From Deferribacterales bacterium (GTDB taxonomy: Bacteria; Chrysiogenota; Deferribacteres; Deferribacterales; Geovibrionaceae): 64,000 bases of DNA. The translations under genes and the position numbers were made by a program. This document shows, piece by piece, positions 1-8,941 of the stretch. The notes under the pieces were generated by a model. The model was not told where the DNA came from, searched no databases, and worked only from the letters and a program-made list of their open reading frames with translations. Every line of letters begins with the position of its first letter. The stretch's first letter is position 1. The stretch covers positions 64,001 to 128,000 of the forward strand of contig JBFWLW010000005.1 of NCBI GenBank assembly GCA_050251945.1, written 5' to 3'.

Positions 1-1363
1 GACAACCGACACGGAACCCGGTATTGCGGGAGTCAGCGGGCGGCTTGAACTCACAGCCGCAGGTGACAAAGAGGACAGCGGCTACAGCTTTCACCAGATG
101 GTGAGCGCCTCCTCGTCTCAGGTTACATACGCCTACACATTTTCAGGTGTCACCCCGCAGATAATCGCAGTTTCTTCAACAGCCATAAGCCTGCCGGATT
201 TTCCCGGCGGAATTTTGAAAATAGGCGTACTTGTTCCCATGAGCGGCGGACTGTCGCAGGCAGGAGTATCCGCACTGAAAGGCATTGAAGAAGCGGCGGC
301 TTCACTGAACAGCTACTACACCTTCTATGGTTCTTCCAACAGGGTTTCGCTTTCGGTTAAAGACACGGCGACAGACCCTGATACTGCTGTTGCGGCGCTC
401 AAAAAACTGCATGACGCAGGTATTACACTTGTTACAGGTGTTATCAGCAGTTCCGTTGCGGAAGCTCTGCTGCCATATCTTAATTCATATGGTATGACGC
501 TTATCTCTCCGGCGGCGACATCTGATTCGCTGGCTGTTGACGGCGACAGCCTTTTCAGGTTTATCCTTCCCGATGCAGAGATGGCAAACGCTCTGGCTAT
601 GATGCTGAAAGAGGATGGAAAAACCGATGTTACTGTCATTTACAGAAATGATGTGTGGGGAAAAGGACTTTCCGACAGCATAAATAATTATCTGACAGCC
701 AACGGAGAAAATTTGAAAGCTGCTGTAGGGTACACTCCCGGCTCGCTTTCGTCATACAAAAACGCAGTGAACAGTGCCGCGGATGCAGTAGCAGCTTCCG
801 CCGACGGGAAAAGCGCCGTTCTTCTGCTTTCCTATGAAGAGGGTACGCAGATTCTTGAATACGCATCACAGGAATCAGCCCTGAAAAAAGCGGCATGGTA
901 CGGCGGTGACGGATTTGCGAAAAACTCTTCACTGTTCGATTCGGCAACAGCGGCAAACTTTGCTGAGGAGACTGGTTTCACATGCGCAATATACTCTATC
1001 ATTGAGGTTGGCAGCAAAACGGTGCCTGAGCCTATATCGAGAATGGTAGTGCGTGACAGACTGCACAAAGAACTCGGCTATGATCCCATCACCTATGCAT
1101 ATACGGCATGGGATTCAATCTGGATTGGTGCACTTGCCTACGGCGCGTTTGTCGGCGATTCCACGTCAACACTTAGCGGTCAGATAAACACTATGGCGGG
1201 TAAATATATAGGACTCAGCAACTTCATGGCGCTGAATTCGGCAGGAGACAGACGTTTCGGAGAATACGGATTCTTTACTGTGGAGGACGGCGGGTGGGCG
1301 CTTACTGCGACATACCACCACACGCCGATAGATTTCCCGACACCTACAATAACCAGACCATAG
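1..1363 (+). CDS. ABC-type branched-chain amino-acid-like substrate-binding protein (periplasmic binding fold type 1), 5'-truncated by the window, probably two tandem domains
   Basis: KIGVLVPMSGGLSQAG...DTATDPDTA...SPAATS motifs. The frame is open from base 2 (TTDTEPGIAGVSGRLELTAAGDKEDSGYSF), so the true start lies upstream of the window. Confidence 0.8.
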   Translation, partial: TTDTEPGIAGVSGRLELTAAGDKEDSGYSFHQMVSASSSQVTYAYTFSGVTPQIIAVSSTAISLPDFPGGILKIGVLVPMSGGLSQAGVSALKGIEEAAASLNSYYTFYGSSNRVSLSVKDTATDPDTAVAALKKLHDAGITLVTGVISSSVAEALLPYLNSYGMTLISPAATSDSLAVDGDSLFRFILPDAEMANALAMMLKEDGKTDVTVIYRNDVWGKGLSDSINNYLTANGENLKAAVGYTPGSLSSYKNAVNSAADAVAASADGKSAVLLLSYEEGTQILEYASQESALKKAAWYGGDGFAKNSSLFDSATAANFAEETGFTCAIYSIIEVGSKTVPEPISRMVVRDRLHKELGYDPITYAYTAWDSIWIGALAYGAFVGDSTSTLSGQINTMAGKYIGLSNFMALNSAGDRRFGEYGFFTVEDGGWALTATYHHTPIDFPTPTITRP

Positions 1364-1395
1364 AAAAAACAGGGGGCGGAATATACCGCCCCCTG
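1364..1395. terminator. Rho-independent terminator between convergent genes
   Basis: CAGGGGGCGG/CCGCCCCCTG stem preceded by A6 (U-tract on the - strand). Confidence 0.8.
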
Positions 1396-1415
1396 ATAAA
1401 TAAGAGAAATCAGTA

Positions 1416-3302
1416 TCAGTTAGTTACTGACTTGAGGCAATAAGTGGAGGTATCAAGAGCCGGCAGAACCTTGCCGGGCAGATTTTCAAAATATTGCACA
1501 AGAGGAATGTAGTAAAGTATCGACGTATCTTCATAAACTGAAGGGTCTGCGTCGCGGACTCTTTTGAAGGAAAGGTAGTTATCTTTACCCTGAGCTGTGA
1601 ACGAGTTGGTTGCGACCGTATACACGGTGTTTGCTGCGATAGCCGACCATGTTCCTGCTGTTCTGTCCTGAACCTCAACATTGGTTATAACACTTCCTTC
1701 GGCACCGCTCAGATTTACATCGTACCTGAGTCCTGACGCGTATGGAAATGCTCCTGATGAGCCGGAGTGCAGCGAGTAGTATGCGGCTTCGTTGAGTACC
1801 TGAACAATATCAGATCCTTTCATATTTATCATTGCGACAGTGTTGGAGAACGGAAGAACTGCTATTATGTCTCCCATTGTTATTGTTCCCTGATTGATCG
1901 TTGTACGTACACCGCCTGCATTCTGGATAGCTATGTCTATAGCGGGGTTCGTTTGTTTGAACGCGTCGGTAACTATCTGGGCTGCATAGCTTCCTGTCGG
2001 TGTTGAGCCTGCTGTGAATGCAGAAGGGATTCTGTCGTATCCAAGTGTGGTTGTGACTGTTCCGACCACCTGCGACATAGCATCTGTTATCTGGTCTCTG
2101 TATGGTTTCAGTATATTCTCAATGGTCGTGTTGACTTCTTTGGTTCTTAAAAGACTGGTTTTGTTAATGGCAGCAACAAGGGCTGTTCTCACAGTTTCAG
2201 AAACATCGACAAAGGTACCTGTTCCGTCTTTCTGCTGGTAGGGACCGCCAACGGGGATGACCAGCTTTCCCTTTGCCATCTGCGCGATACCGTCGGCAGA
2301 GAAATCCACGTCAAGTATCCCCACCGCTCTGGCGTAGCACCATGCCGTAACAACGTGAACAGGGTTGCCGTCCGGAGCAGAGACTGTGGTCGGGTAAGAA
2401 CCGAGATCCTCTTCTTTTATGCCGTCATGAGTGTATCCTTCAAAAGGACCTGTCTGGTTGTCGTATGTTTGCGTCAGCCCTACCTCAGCAAGCTGTGAAG
2501 GGTTGCCTAACAGGTCATGGGTGTCGCCTCCGACTATAACGTCGATGCCTGAAACATTTTTTGCAAGCAGCAGGTCGTTGTAGTATCCAAGGTGACTGAC
2601 AAGGATTATCTTGTTAATTCCCTGAGCGGTGAGTTCGGCAACATATTTTTTCGCCGTGGCAATTTCGTCTGAAAATTCGACGTCATCTGATACCATTGAC
2701 GAATTTTTTGTCTTTTCAACTTTGAGAATACCGAGAAGGGCTATCTTCTGCCCGTCTATTTCTTTGATTACATAAGGTTTTATCTTGTCCTTAACCCTGT
2801 AGAGAGGACTTTCCGGTTTGGGAGTTATGTTTGAAGAGAGGATAGGGAAGTTCGCTATCTCAATAAGTTTTGCAAGTCCTTCGTCCCCTTCGTCAAACTC
2901 GTGGTTGCCCAGAGTATACCCGTCAAGAGCAAGCTCGTTAAAGACTTTGAAGTCAGGTTCGCCTTTGAACATTGAGAAATACAGCGTTCCGTTCAGCTCA
3001 CCGCTGTTCACAACGATGCTGTTTGATGTTCTTTCTTCCTGTATTACCTCTGCCAGCCGGGCAAAGCCGCCCATTTGTACACGTGTGACCACACCGTCGA
3101 TAGTTAAATCATATGCCGAACTGTCCAGATACGAGTGGTGATCGTTAGTGTGGATCAGCTTAACGCTGACAGCCGAGTTTTTCGGCGTATTGTCCTGCGG
3201 TTCGTCGTCATTGTCATCGTTTCCGCATGAGTACAGTAAAGCGCTGAGACTGATAACCAGTGCGAAATGCAAAAGCAGTTTTGTCCACTTTTTTGAATAC
3301 AT
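1416..3302 (-). CDS. 5'-nucleotidase / NAD nucleotidase family lipoprotein (UshA/NadN-like)
   Basis: Lipobox LYSC; HTNDHHS, LGNHEFD, VSHLG and GGDTH metallophosphatase motifs; C-terminal NAGGVR...LPFSN...GKDNY domain. Confidence 0.9.
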   Translation of the reverse strand: MYSKKWTKLLLHFALVISLSALLYSCGNDDNDDEPQDNTPKNSAVSVKLIHTNDHHSYLDSSAYDLTIDGVVTRVQMGGFARLAEVIQEERTSNSIVVNSGELNGTLYFSMFKGEPDFKVFNELALDGYTLGNHEFDEGDEGLAKLIEIANFPILSSNITPKPESPLYRVKDKIKPYVIKEIDGQKIALLGILKVEKTKNSSMVSDDVEFSDEIATAKKYVAELTAQGINKIILVSHLGYYNDLLLAKNVSGIDVIVGGDTHDLLGNPSQLAEVGLTQTYDNQTGPFEGYTHDGIKEEDLGSYPTTVSAPDGNPVHVVTAWCYARAVGILDVDFSADGIAQMAKGKLVIPVGGPYQQKDGTGTFVDVSETVRTALVAAINKTSLLRTKEVNTTIENILKPYRDQITDAMSQVVGTVTTTLGYDRIPSAFTAGSTPTGSYAAQIVTDAFKQTNPAIDIAIQNAGGVRTTINQGTITMGDIIAVLPFSNTVAMINMKGSDIVQVLNEAAYYSLHSGSSGAFPYASGLRYDVNLSGAEGSVITNVEVQDRTAGTWSAIAANTVYTVATNSFTAQGKDNYLSFKRVRDADPSVYEDTSILYYIPLVQYFENLPGKVLPALDTSTYCLKSVTN

Positions 3303-3545
3303 TTTTGAGATACCCCCTTTAAAATTAGTAAGCGTACTTTATCGTGTATTTTTCATGGATGTATTATGCATAAGTCAGGGAAATGAGATTTAATTGAAGT
3401 TAATATCATTTATAATTGGATATATGCTCTGTGCAGGCGGGAATACCTGCTTATTTAATCGAATTTTTGAAATTGGATAAGTTAACGGTTGAGGTGCGTT
3501 CTTTTATTTAGTATCATCACCACAAATCTATTTCGGGAGATGACG

Positions 3546-4811
3546 ATGAATATCTTCGAGGAATCCAAAAAATTTATTCCCGGCGGCGTAAACAGCCCCG
3601 TGCGTGCATATGGCTCCGTAGGCGGCGATCCTGTTATTGTTAAGAGCGCGAAAGGCTCCAAAATTTACAGTGAAGACGGTAAAGAATACATAGATTACAT
3701 AGGTTCGTGGGGTCCCATGATAACAGGTCATGCCGATGACGATATCATAAATGCAGTCAAACACGCCGCAGAGCTGGGCACCAGCTTCGGCGCACCCACC
3801 AAGGCGGAACTGGACATCGCAAAACTCATATGCGAAATGGTTCCTTCTGTTGAGATGGTTCGTCTGGTGAGTTCAGGCACGGAAGCGCTTATGAGCGCCA
3901 TCCGTCTTGCACGCGCATACACCAGGCGCGACAAGATAATCAAATTTGAGGGCTGCTACCACGGTCACTCCGACAGCCTTCTCGTGAAATCAGGCAGCGG
4001 ACTTCTGACATTCAACGAACCATCAAGTCCCGGCGTTCCGGAAGATTTTGCAAAACACACGCTGATAGCTCAGTACAACGATATCGAATCCGTTAAAAAA
4101 CTTATATCCGAGAACAAAGGACAGATAGCATGTCTTCTTGTTGAACCCGTTGCCGGCAACATGGGGCTGGTGCTTCCAAAAGACGGTTTCCTTGCCGATC
4201 TGCGCAAAGCCTGCGACAGCGACGGAATTCTTCTGCTTCTGGATGAGGTTATCACCGGTTTCCGCATTGCGAAAGGCGGTGCACAGGAATATTACGGCGT
4301 GATGCCCGATATCACCACCATGGGCAAGATAATCGGCGGCGGACTTCCTGTGGGCGCATTCGGCGGCAGGCGCGATCTGATGCAGATGATGTCCCCCGTG
4401 GGTCCTGTTTATCAGGCGGGAACACTGTCCGGCAACCCTCTTGCCACTGCAGCGGGGATAACTATGCTCACCAAACTTTCTCAGCCCGATTTCTATAAAA
4501 ATCTGAAAGCGAAAGCGGATATTCTTTACGATGCTATGGCGGACAACAGCAAAAAACTGGGGCTGAACTACGCGTTCAACCGCGTGGAATCCCTCGCGTG
4601 TCTGTTCTTCACCGAAGGACGCGTGGAAAGCTTTCAGGACGCCATGAAATCCGACACTAAAAAATATGCGAAATTCTTCCACGAGATGCTGAACAGAGGA
4701 GTAAACCTTGCTCCCAGCCAGTTCGAGGCTATGTTCGTATCCTCCGCACACACGGAAGAAGATCTGGAAAAAACTGCAAAAGCACATTACGAAAGCCTTA
4801 AGGCTCTGTAA
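3546..4811 (+). CDS. hemL: Glutamate-1-semialdehyde 2,1-aminomutase
   Basis: IPGGVNSPVRA, FEGCYHGHSD, MGKIIGGGLPVGA, YQAGTLSGNP; ATG 3546 follows GGGAG. Confidence 0.97.
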   Translation: MNIFEESKKFIPGGVNSPVRAYGSVGGDPVIVKSAKGSKIYSEDGKEYIDYIGSWGPMITGHADDDIINAVKHAAELGTSFGAPTKAELDIAKLICEMVPSVEMVRLVSSGTEALMSAIRLARAYTRRDKIIKFEGCYHGHSDSLLVKSGSGLLTFNEPSSPGVPEDFAKHTLIAQYNDIESVKKLISENKGQIACLLVEPVAGNMGLVLPKDGFLADLRKACDSDGILLLLDEVITGFRIAKGGAQEYYGVMPDITTMGKIIGGGLPVGAFGGRRDLMQMMSPVGPVYQAGTLSGNPLATAAGITMLTKLSQPDFYKNLKAKADILYDAMADNSKKLGLNYAFNRVESLACLFFTEGRVESFQDAMKSDTKKYAKFFHEMLNRGVNLAPSQFEAMFVSSAHTEEDLEKTAKAHYESLKAL

Positions 4812-4817
4812 TAAAAT

Positions 4818-5060
4818 ATGTCAAAAAAAAGAGAAGTTGATCAGTTTGTAAAAAGAATGGCAAACGCCAGCTCGGTGGGAACATCGCTGGCGTTCTCCGT
4901 TATCATTGGCGGCGCCATGGGCTGGTGGCTGGACAAAACGTTCGGAACAAAACCGTGGCTTTTCCTGCTTTTTCTCATATGCGGGATAATTGCCGGATTT
5001 AAAAACATGGTTTACTTTTTAAAGAAAACTGATCTGCTTGATGATGAAGATCGAAAATAA
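4818..5060 (+). CDS. atpZ: ATP synthase accessory protein AtpZ/AtpI (ATPase gene 1 family)
   Basis: Two TM segments around GWWLDKTFGTKPW; first gene of the F0 cluster. Confidence 0.85.
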   Translation: MSKKREVDQFVKRMANASSVGTSLAFSVIIGGAMGWWLDKTFGTKPWLFLLFLICGIIAGFKNMVYFLKKTDLLDDEDRK

Positions 5061-5412
5061 AATATTAATTCTATCGTTGATTTTTTGTGGAATATTGTAT
5101 ACAGTATCCACGTTTATATTTGAACCTGCGTTTTGTAATGGCGTTCCGGCCGGTTTTGTGCTTGGCGCAGTGAACTTCCGCTACCTTGCAAAGGGTGTGC
5201 GGAGAGTTACGGAAGAGGGCAGGCCGGGTCTGATGGTTCTCTGGGGAATGCTCAGACTGCTGGTGTCCGGTGTTTTTGTATGGTACTGTATTGTACCGCT
5301 TAAATTAAACGTTACAGGTATGCTGGTCGGGCTTACTATCCTGCCCGTGTGTGTGCCGATTGTTGCGATATATAACAACTTAAAGGGGAAGAATGATGGA
5401 ACACCCGCTTAA
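5044..5412 (+). CDS. atpI: ATP synthase subunit I
   Basis: Four hydrophobic segments, located between atpZ and atpB. Confidence 0.75.
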   Translation: MKIENKILILSLIFCGILYTVSTFIFEPAFCNGVPAGFVLGAVNFRYLAKGVRRVTEEGRPGLMVLWGMLRLLVSGVFVWYCIVPLKLNVTGMLVGLTILPVCVPIVAIYNNLKGKNDGTPA

Positions 5413-6067
5413 CGTATCCATGCTCTTCGGCATGGAATTTTCCCATACCTATTGGCACGTTGTAATGACGTTCATCGTTGTGCTGGTTTGCCTTGCTCTG
5501 GGCAGTTTTACACTGCGCGCCAAAGCAGAGGTTCCCGGCAGAGGTCAGAACGCAGTCGAGCTTCTGGTCAAATCGATCTACGGCATGTGTGACGATGTTA
5601 TGGGACATCACGGAAGACCTTACATTCCCGTTATCTTTGGAATAGGGCTTTATGTCGCTTTTTCAAACCTGATGGGTCTGATTCCCGGTTTTCTTGCTCC
5701 CACGTCGAACCTCAATTCGACAGTTGCTCCCGCACTGGTGATTTTCTTTCTGTACCAGTATATCGGTATAAAAACCCACGGCTCTCATTATATCAAGCAT
5801 TTCCTCGGACCGGTTTCATGGCTTGCCCCTCTGATGCTCATCATTGAGCTTATCGGACACCTTGCAAGACCTCTTTCCCTGTCCATGAGGCTCTTTGGTA
5901 ACATATTCGGTGAAGACCTCGTTATCATCATTCTGTTCATGCTTGTTCCGTTCCTTGTTCCGCTGCCCATGTTCTTTCTGGGCATATTCACAGGTCTGCT
6001 TCAGGCGTATGTGTTTATGATGCTTTCTATGATCTATATCAGTGGTGCACTTGAAGAAGCACACTAA
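5393..6067 (+). CDS. atpB: F0F1 ATP synthase subunit a
   Basis: [27 protein letters not shown] motifs. Confidence 0.97.
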   Translation: MMEHPLNVSMLFGMEFSHTYWHVVMTFIVVLVCLALGSFTLRAKAEVPGRGQNAVELLVKSIYGMCDDVMGHHGRPYIPVIFGIGLYVAFSNLMGLIPGFLAPTSNLNSTVAPALVIFFLYQYIGIKTHGSHYIKHFLGPVSWLAPLMLIIELIGHLARPLSLSMRLFGNIFGEDLVIIILFMLVPFLVPLPMFFLGIFTGLLQAYVFMMLSMIYISGALEEAH

Positions 6068-6093
6068 GAGATATAACTAATACGGAGGACAAA

Positions 6094-6411
6094 ATGTCTA
6101 AACTTGTAAGAATCGTTCTTTCTGTTGCTGCTCTTTTCGCAGTTGCAGGCGTAGCTTCCGCTGCTGAAGCAGGTGCTGTTGCAGATGCTTCATGGGCAAA
6201 ATACATCGGTGCAGGTCTTGCTATCGGTGTTGCGGCTCTTGGTACCGGTATCGGTCAGGGTAACGCTATCAAAGGTGCTGTTGAAGGTATCTCAAGAAAC
6301 CCCAGCGCTGCTGGTAAAATCTCTACAACAATGATCATCGGTCTTGCACTGATCGAATCACTCGCTATCTACGCGCTTGTTGTAGCTCTTATCCTTCTTT
6401 TCGTAGCATAA
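6094..6411 (+). CDS. atpE: F0F1 ATP synthase subunit c with N-terminal signal-like extension
   Basis: GTGIGQG...RNP...[18 protein letters not shown]. Confidence 0.97.
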   Translation: MSKLVRIVLSVAALFAVAGVASAAEAGAVADASWAKYIGAGLAIGVAALGTGIGQGNAIKGAVEGISRNPSAAGKISTTMIIGLALIESLAIYALVVALILLFVA

Positions 6412-6428
6412 TATCAAAAATAATGACG

Positions 6429-6468
6429 GGGCGGACATTTAACGGGTGTCCGCCCTTTCGGTTTTTTT
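6429..6468 (+). terminator. Rho-independent terminator after atpE
   Basis: GGGCGGACA/TGTCCGCCC stem plus T-tract. Confidence 0.8.
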
Positions 6469-6483
6469 ATCTAGGGGGTTGCC

Positions 6484-7971
6484 ATGTGGCAAAAGCTGAA
6501 AGAGTTTAGCAGGAAAGATCCTCTCATCTTTACCTTGATATTGGCGGTTATTATCGTGGTCGGCGGCTACGGCTCATTGCAGATGATGCATGCTACAAGC
6601 AAGCCTGAGTTCTGTAAAACCTGCCACCCTAAAGAAGCCATTGAGGTTAGAGGCGAGTATTATTCCTACAAAATGGGTGTCCACAGCGAGGCCGGCGTTG
6701 GCTGTCTCGACTGTCACGGGGCTCCCGGCATTAAGGGCTATTTTGACGCTCACGTTGTTGCCGGTATGAGAAGCCTTTATCACGAAATCTTTACATCAGA
6801 GGAGCAGGTTGTTAAAGACCTGACAGAGATGGCTGCCGATCCCAAAGTTGCTGCGCACATTGCATCTTCGGAATCCTGTATTTTCTGCCACTCTGACGAT
6901 TTCAACAGGAAGCTGAGACGCGACAGAGTCATTAAGGTTCTTGGCGAATTCAGACCGCTCGACGATGTTGTGAATCCGGAATACCGCGAGAAATACGGAA
7001 GACCGGACATCATGAAAGAAGGTCCCATCGGTGTTAATCCCGATCACCTTAAACACTATAAGGCGGGTGTAAACTGCCTTGACTGCCACCTTGGCATTGG
7101 TCACGCAGGTGTTAAAAACCATAAACCTAAAATGGAAACCTGCTTCAAATGTCACGACGATAACAGAAATGTTGCAAAAGTTCCCGCAAACGACAACTGC
7201 GCTCAGTGTCACACTATGCAGAAGGGCGTTCAGCAGGGTACATATGCAAAAACCGTTAAAGGTGACAAATGGTATATGGCAGACCTTAACTGTTCAGACT
7301 GCCATACCGACGCATATACTCTGCCCACACCCGAAACCTGTGCAGGATGCCACGATGCCAGCTACAGCGACATCATGAAAGAGACTCAGGCTGCTTATAA
7401 GCAGAGACTGGCTCAGGCTAAGTCCACACGCGACAAATACGCAGCACAGACAAAAGGTATGCCCGCAGGTAAACTTGCAGTCTACAACGAAATGAAAAAC
7501 ATCCTCCGTATTCTGGAAAACGACGGATCCAAAGGCGTTCACAACCCTGAATACTTCGATATGATGTTTGACAAGGTTGCAGAGCTTGCAACTGCCATTG
7601 ACACATGGACCGCTCCTGTCGAAAAAGCAGAGGAACATGTTGAGCAGAAAAAACATGAGGAGCCTAAAGCGGAAGCAAAACCCGCAGGTCCCGTGAACAC
7701 TGCCGAAGATATGGCTATGCTTGAAGGCTCTGAAACTATAAATCTTGCTGAGCGCCATGTTCCGGCACCCACAAAACCCGCAGTTATCTTCGACCACAAA
7801 GGTCACGCTGAAAGGGTTGCCTGTGCGGATTGCCACAGCGAACCCGGTGTTCTTAAGTTTGAAGTGAAAGAGGTTAAAGGTACTAAAAACGTCTTCCACG
7901 ATGAACTTTGCATCAAGTGTCACAAAGAAAGGAAGGCTAAGACCTCCTGTAACACTTGCCACAAGAAATAA
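6484..7971 (+). CDS. Membrane-anchored 11-heme cytochrome c (NapC/NirT-like N-terminus, C-terminal c7/c3-like triheme domain)
   Basis: N-terminal TM then ATSKPEFCKTCH; 11 CxxCH motifs counted; DGSKGVHNPEY motif; Pro/Glu/Lys linker before VIFDHKGH...CADCH...CIKCH...CNTCH. Confidence 0.9.
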   Translation: MWQKLKEFSRKDPLIFTLILAVIIVVGGYGSLQMMHATSKPEFCKTCHPKEAIEVRGEYYSYKMGVHSEAGVGCLDCHGAPGIKGYFDAHVVAGMRSLYHEIFTSEEQVVKDLTEMAADPKVAAHIASSESCIFCHSDDFNRKLRRDRVIKVLGEFRPLDDVVNPEYREKYGRPDIMKEGPIGVNPDHLKHYKAGVNCLDCHLGIGHAGVKNHKPKMETCFKCHDDNRNVAKVPANDNCAQCHTMQKGVQQGTYAKTVKGDKWYMADLNCSDCHTDAYTLPTPETCAGCHDASYSDIMKETQAAYKQRLAQAKSTRDKYAAQTKGMPAGKLAVYNEMKNILRILENDGSKGVHNPEYFDMMFDKVAELATAIDTWTAPVEKAEEHVEQKKHEEPKAEAKPAGPVNTAEDMAMLEGSETINLAERHVPAPTKPAVIFDHKGHAERVACADCHSEPGVLKFEVKEVKGTKNVFHDELCIKCHKERKAKTSCNTCHKK

Positions 7972-7976
7972 CTCAC

Positions 7977-8004
7977 AAGGGGCGGCTAATCACCGCCCCT
8001 TTTT
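7977..8004 (+). terminator. Rho-independent terminator
   Basis: AAGGGGCGG/CCGCCCCTT stem plus TTT. Confidence 0.8.
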
Positions 8005-8122
8005 GCTTTCTATAACCTTCGCATTTCCTTGTTGTCGTATAAAAAATAATGCTCATGTACTTAAATGTACACTGCGCTTATTTTTTATCTGCCGCCTTGA
8101 ACTGCTTGGTTCTAAAAAGCAA
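8003..8122. repeat. Type-B long-hairpin intergenic repeat, copy 1
   Basis: TATAAC-CTTCGCATTTC-TTGTC...GTAC-loop-GTAC...GCCTTGAACTGCT-GGTTCTAAAA; similar to 16684, 50124 and 62850. Confidence 0.85.
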
Positions 8123-8168
8123 CATGTAATTTTCCTTGCGGCTTTCCTTGTTCTGTTCTCAGTCTGCT

Positions 8169-8197
8169 TGTCTCTGCGAGCTCAGCGAAGCAGTCTC
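8169..8197. repeat. Type-A REP-like hairpin, single unit
   Basis: TGTCTCTGCGAG-CTCAG-CGAAGCAGTCTC. Confidence 0.75.
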
Positions 8198-8289
8198 ATT
8201 TTTCACGTCGCTCTGTCTTTTAATCTTTTGTGATACGTATCTGAATATCATTTTGATTTTTTTTCTTGAATTCTGATTTTTTATGGATT

Positions 8290-8313
8290 ATTATATAGAC
8301 CGATTGTTATAAT
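8290..8313 (+). promoter_or_regulatory. Putative TetR (LmrA-type) operator 1
   Basis: ATTATATAGACCG is identical to the 13-mer upstream of the MFS gene at 8907; lies just before the RBS. Confidence 0.7.
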
Positions 8314-8326
8314 TATTGGAGATGAA

Positions 8327-8890
8327 ATGGCGAAATCAGACACCCGCCTGAAAATACTTAATACTGCAGCAGAATTGTTCCGCACTAAAGGGTACTATGC
8401 TGTGGGTCTGAATGAAATAATTAAGGCAAGCGGAGCCCCCAAAGGCAGTTTGTATTATTATTTCCCCAACGGCAAAGAACAGCTTGCCTCAGAGGCTGTC
8501 CGGTTTGTCGGGCAAAGAGTGAGACATGAAGTTGAGGAACAGCTCTACAAGGTAGACGACGCTGCCGCTTCACTGCAAAACCTCTTAAAAAACATGGCCG
8601 CGGACTTCAATACCAGAAAAAACAACTACTTTTCGGTAGCTCTCCTTGCGCTTGAAACCGTGGATAATAACGGAGATTTGAAAACGGCATGCAGAGAAGT
8701 TTTTGATGAATGGGCTGATATGTACAGGCTTAAACTTATACGCAGCGGATTCAACGATGAAAATGCTCATCGAATCAGCATCATGCTGCAGACTTTGATA
8801 GAGGGTATGTTCACCTTTGCAATAGCCAAAAACGACCCTTCAGTTTTTTTATTATTTGCTGAAATTATTCCCAAATTACTGGAATCTTAA
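8327..8890 (+). CDS. TetR/AcrR family regulator, LmrA/YxaF-like
   Basis: GYYAVGLNEIIKASGAPKGSLYYYFPNGKEQL helix-turn-helix. Confidence 0.92.
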   Translation: MAKSDTRLKILNTAAELFRTKGYYAVGLNEIIKASGAPKGSLYYYFPNGKEQLASEAVRFVGQRVRHEVEEQLYKVDDAAASLQNLLKNMAADFNTRKNNYFSVALLALETVDNNGDLKTACREVFDEWADMYRLKLIRSGFNDENAHRISIMLQTLIEGMFTFAIAKNDPSVFLLFAEIIPKLLES

Positions 8891-8906
8891 AATTTTTTAA
8901 TAATAA

Positions 8907-8930
8907 ATTATATAGACCGTTATATATAGT
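8907..8930 (+). promoter_or_regulatory. Putative TetR (LmrA-type) operator 2
   Basis: ATTATATAGACCGTTATATATAGT just upstream of the MFS RBS. Confidence 0.7.
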
Positions 8931-8941
8931 ATGAGGTTTAA

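Noticed and set aside
7901..8233. Small ORFs over repeat islands (also 16807-17022, 18148-18456, 31967-32212, 57733-57963)
   Set aside because: They run through terminators or palindromic repeats, with no convincing RBS or protein motifs.
8229..8244. CRP site TGTGA-N6-TCTGA
   Set aside because: The second half-site matches only 3 of 5 positions; a chance match is likely.
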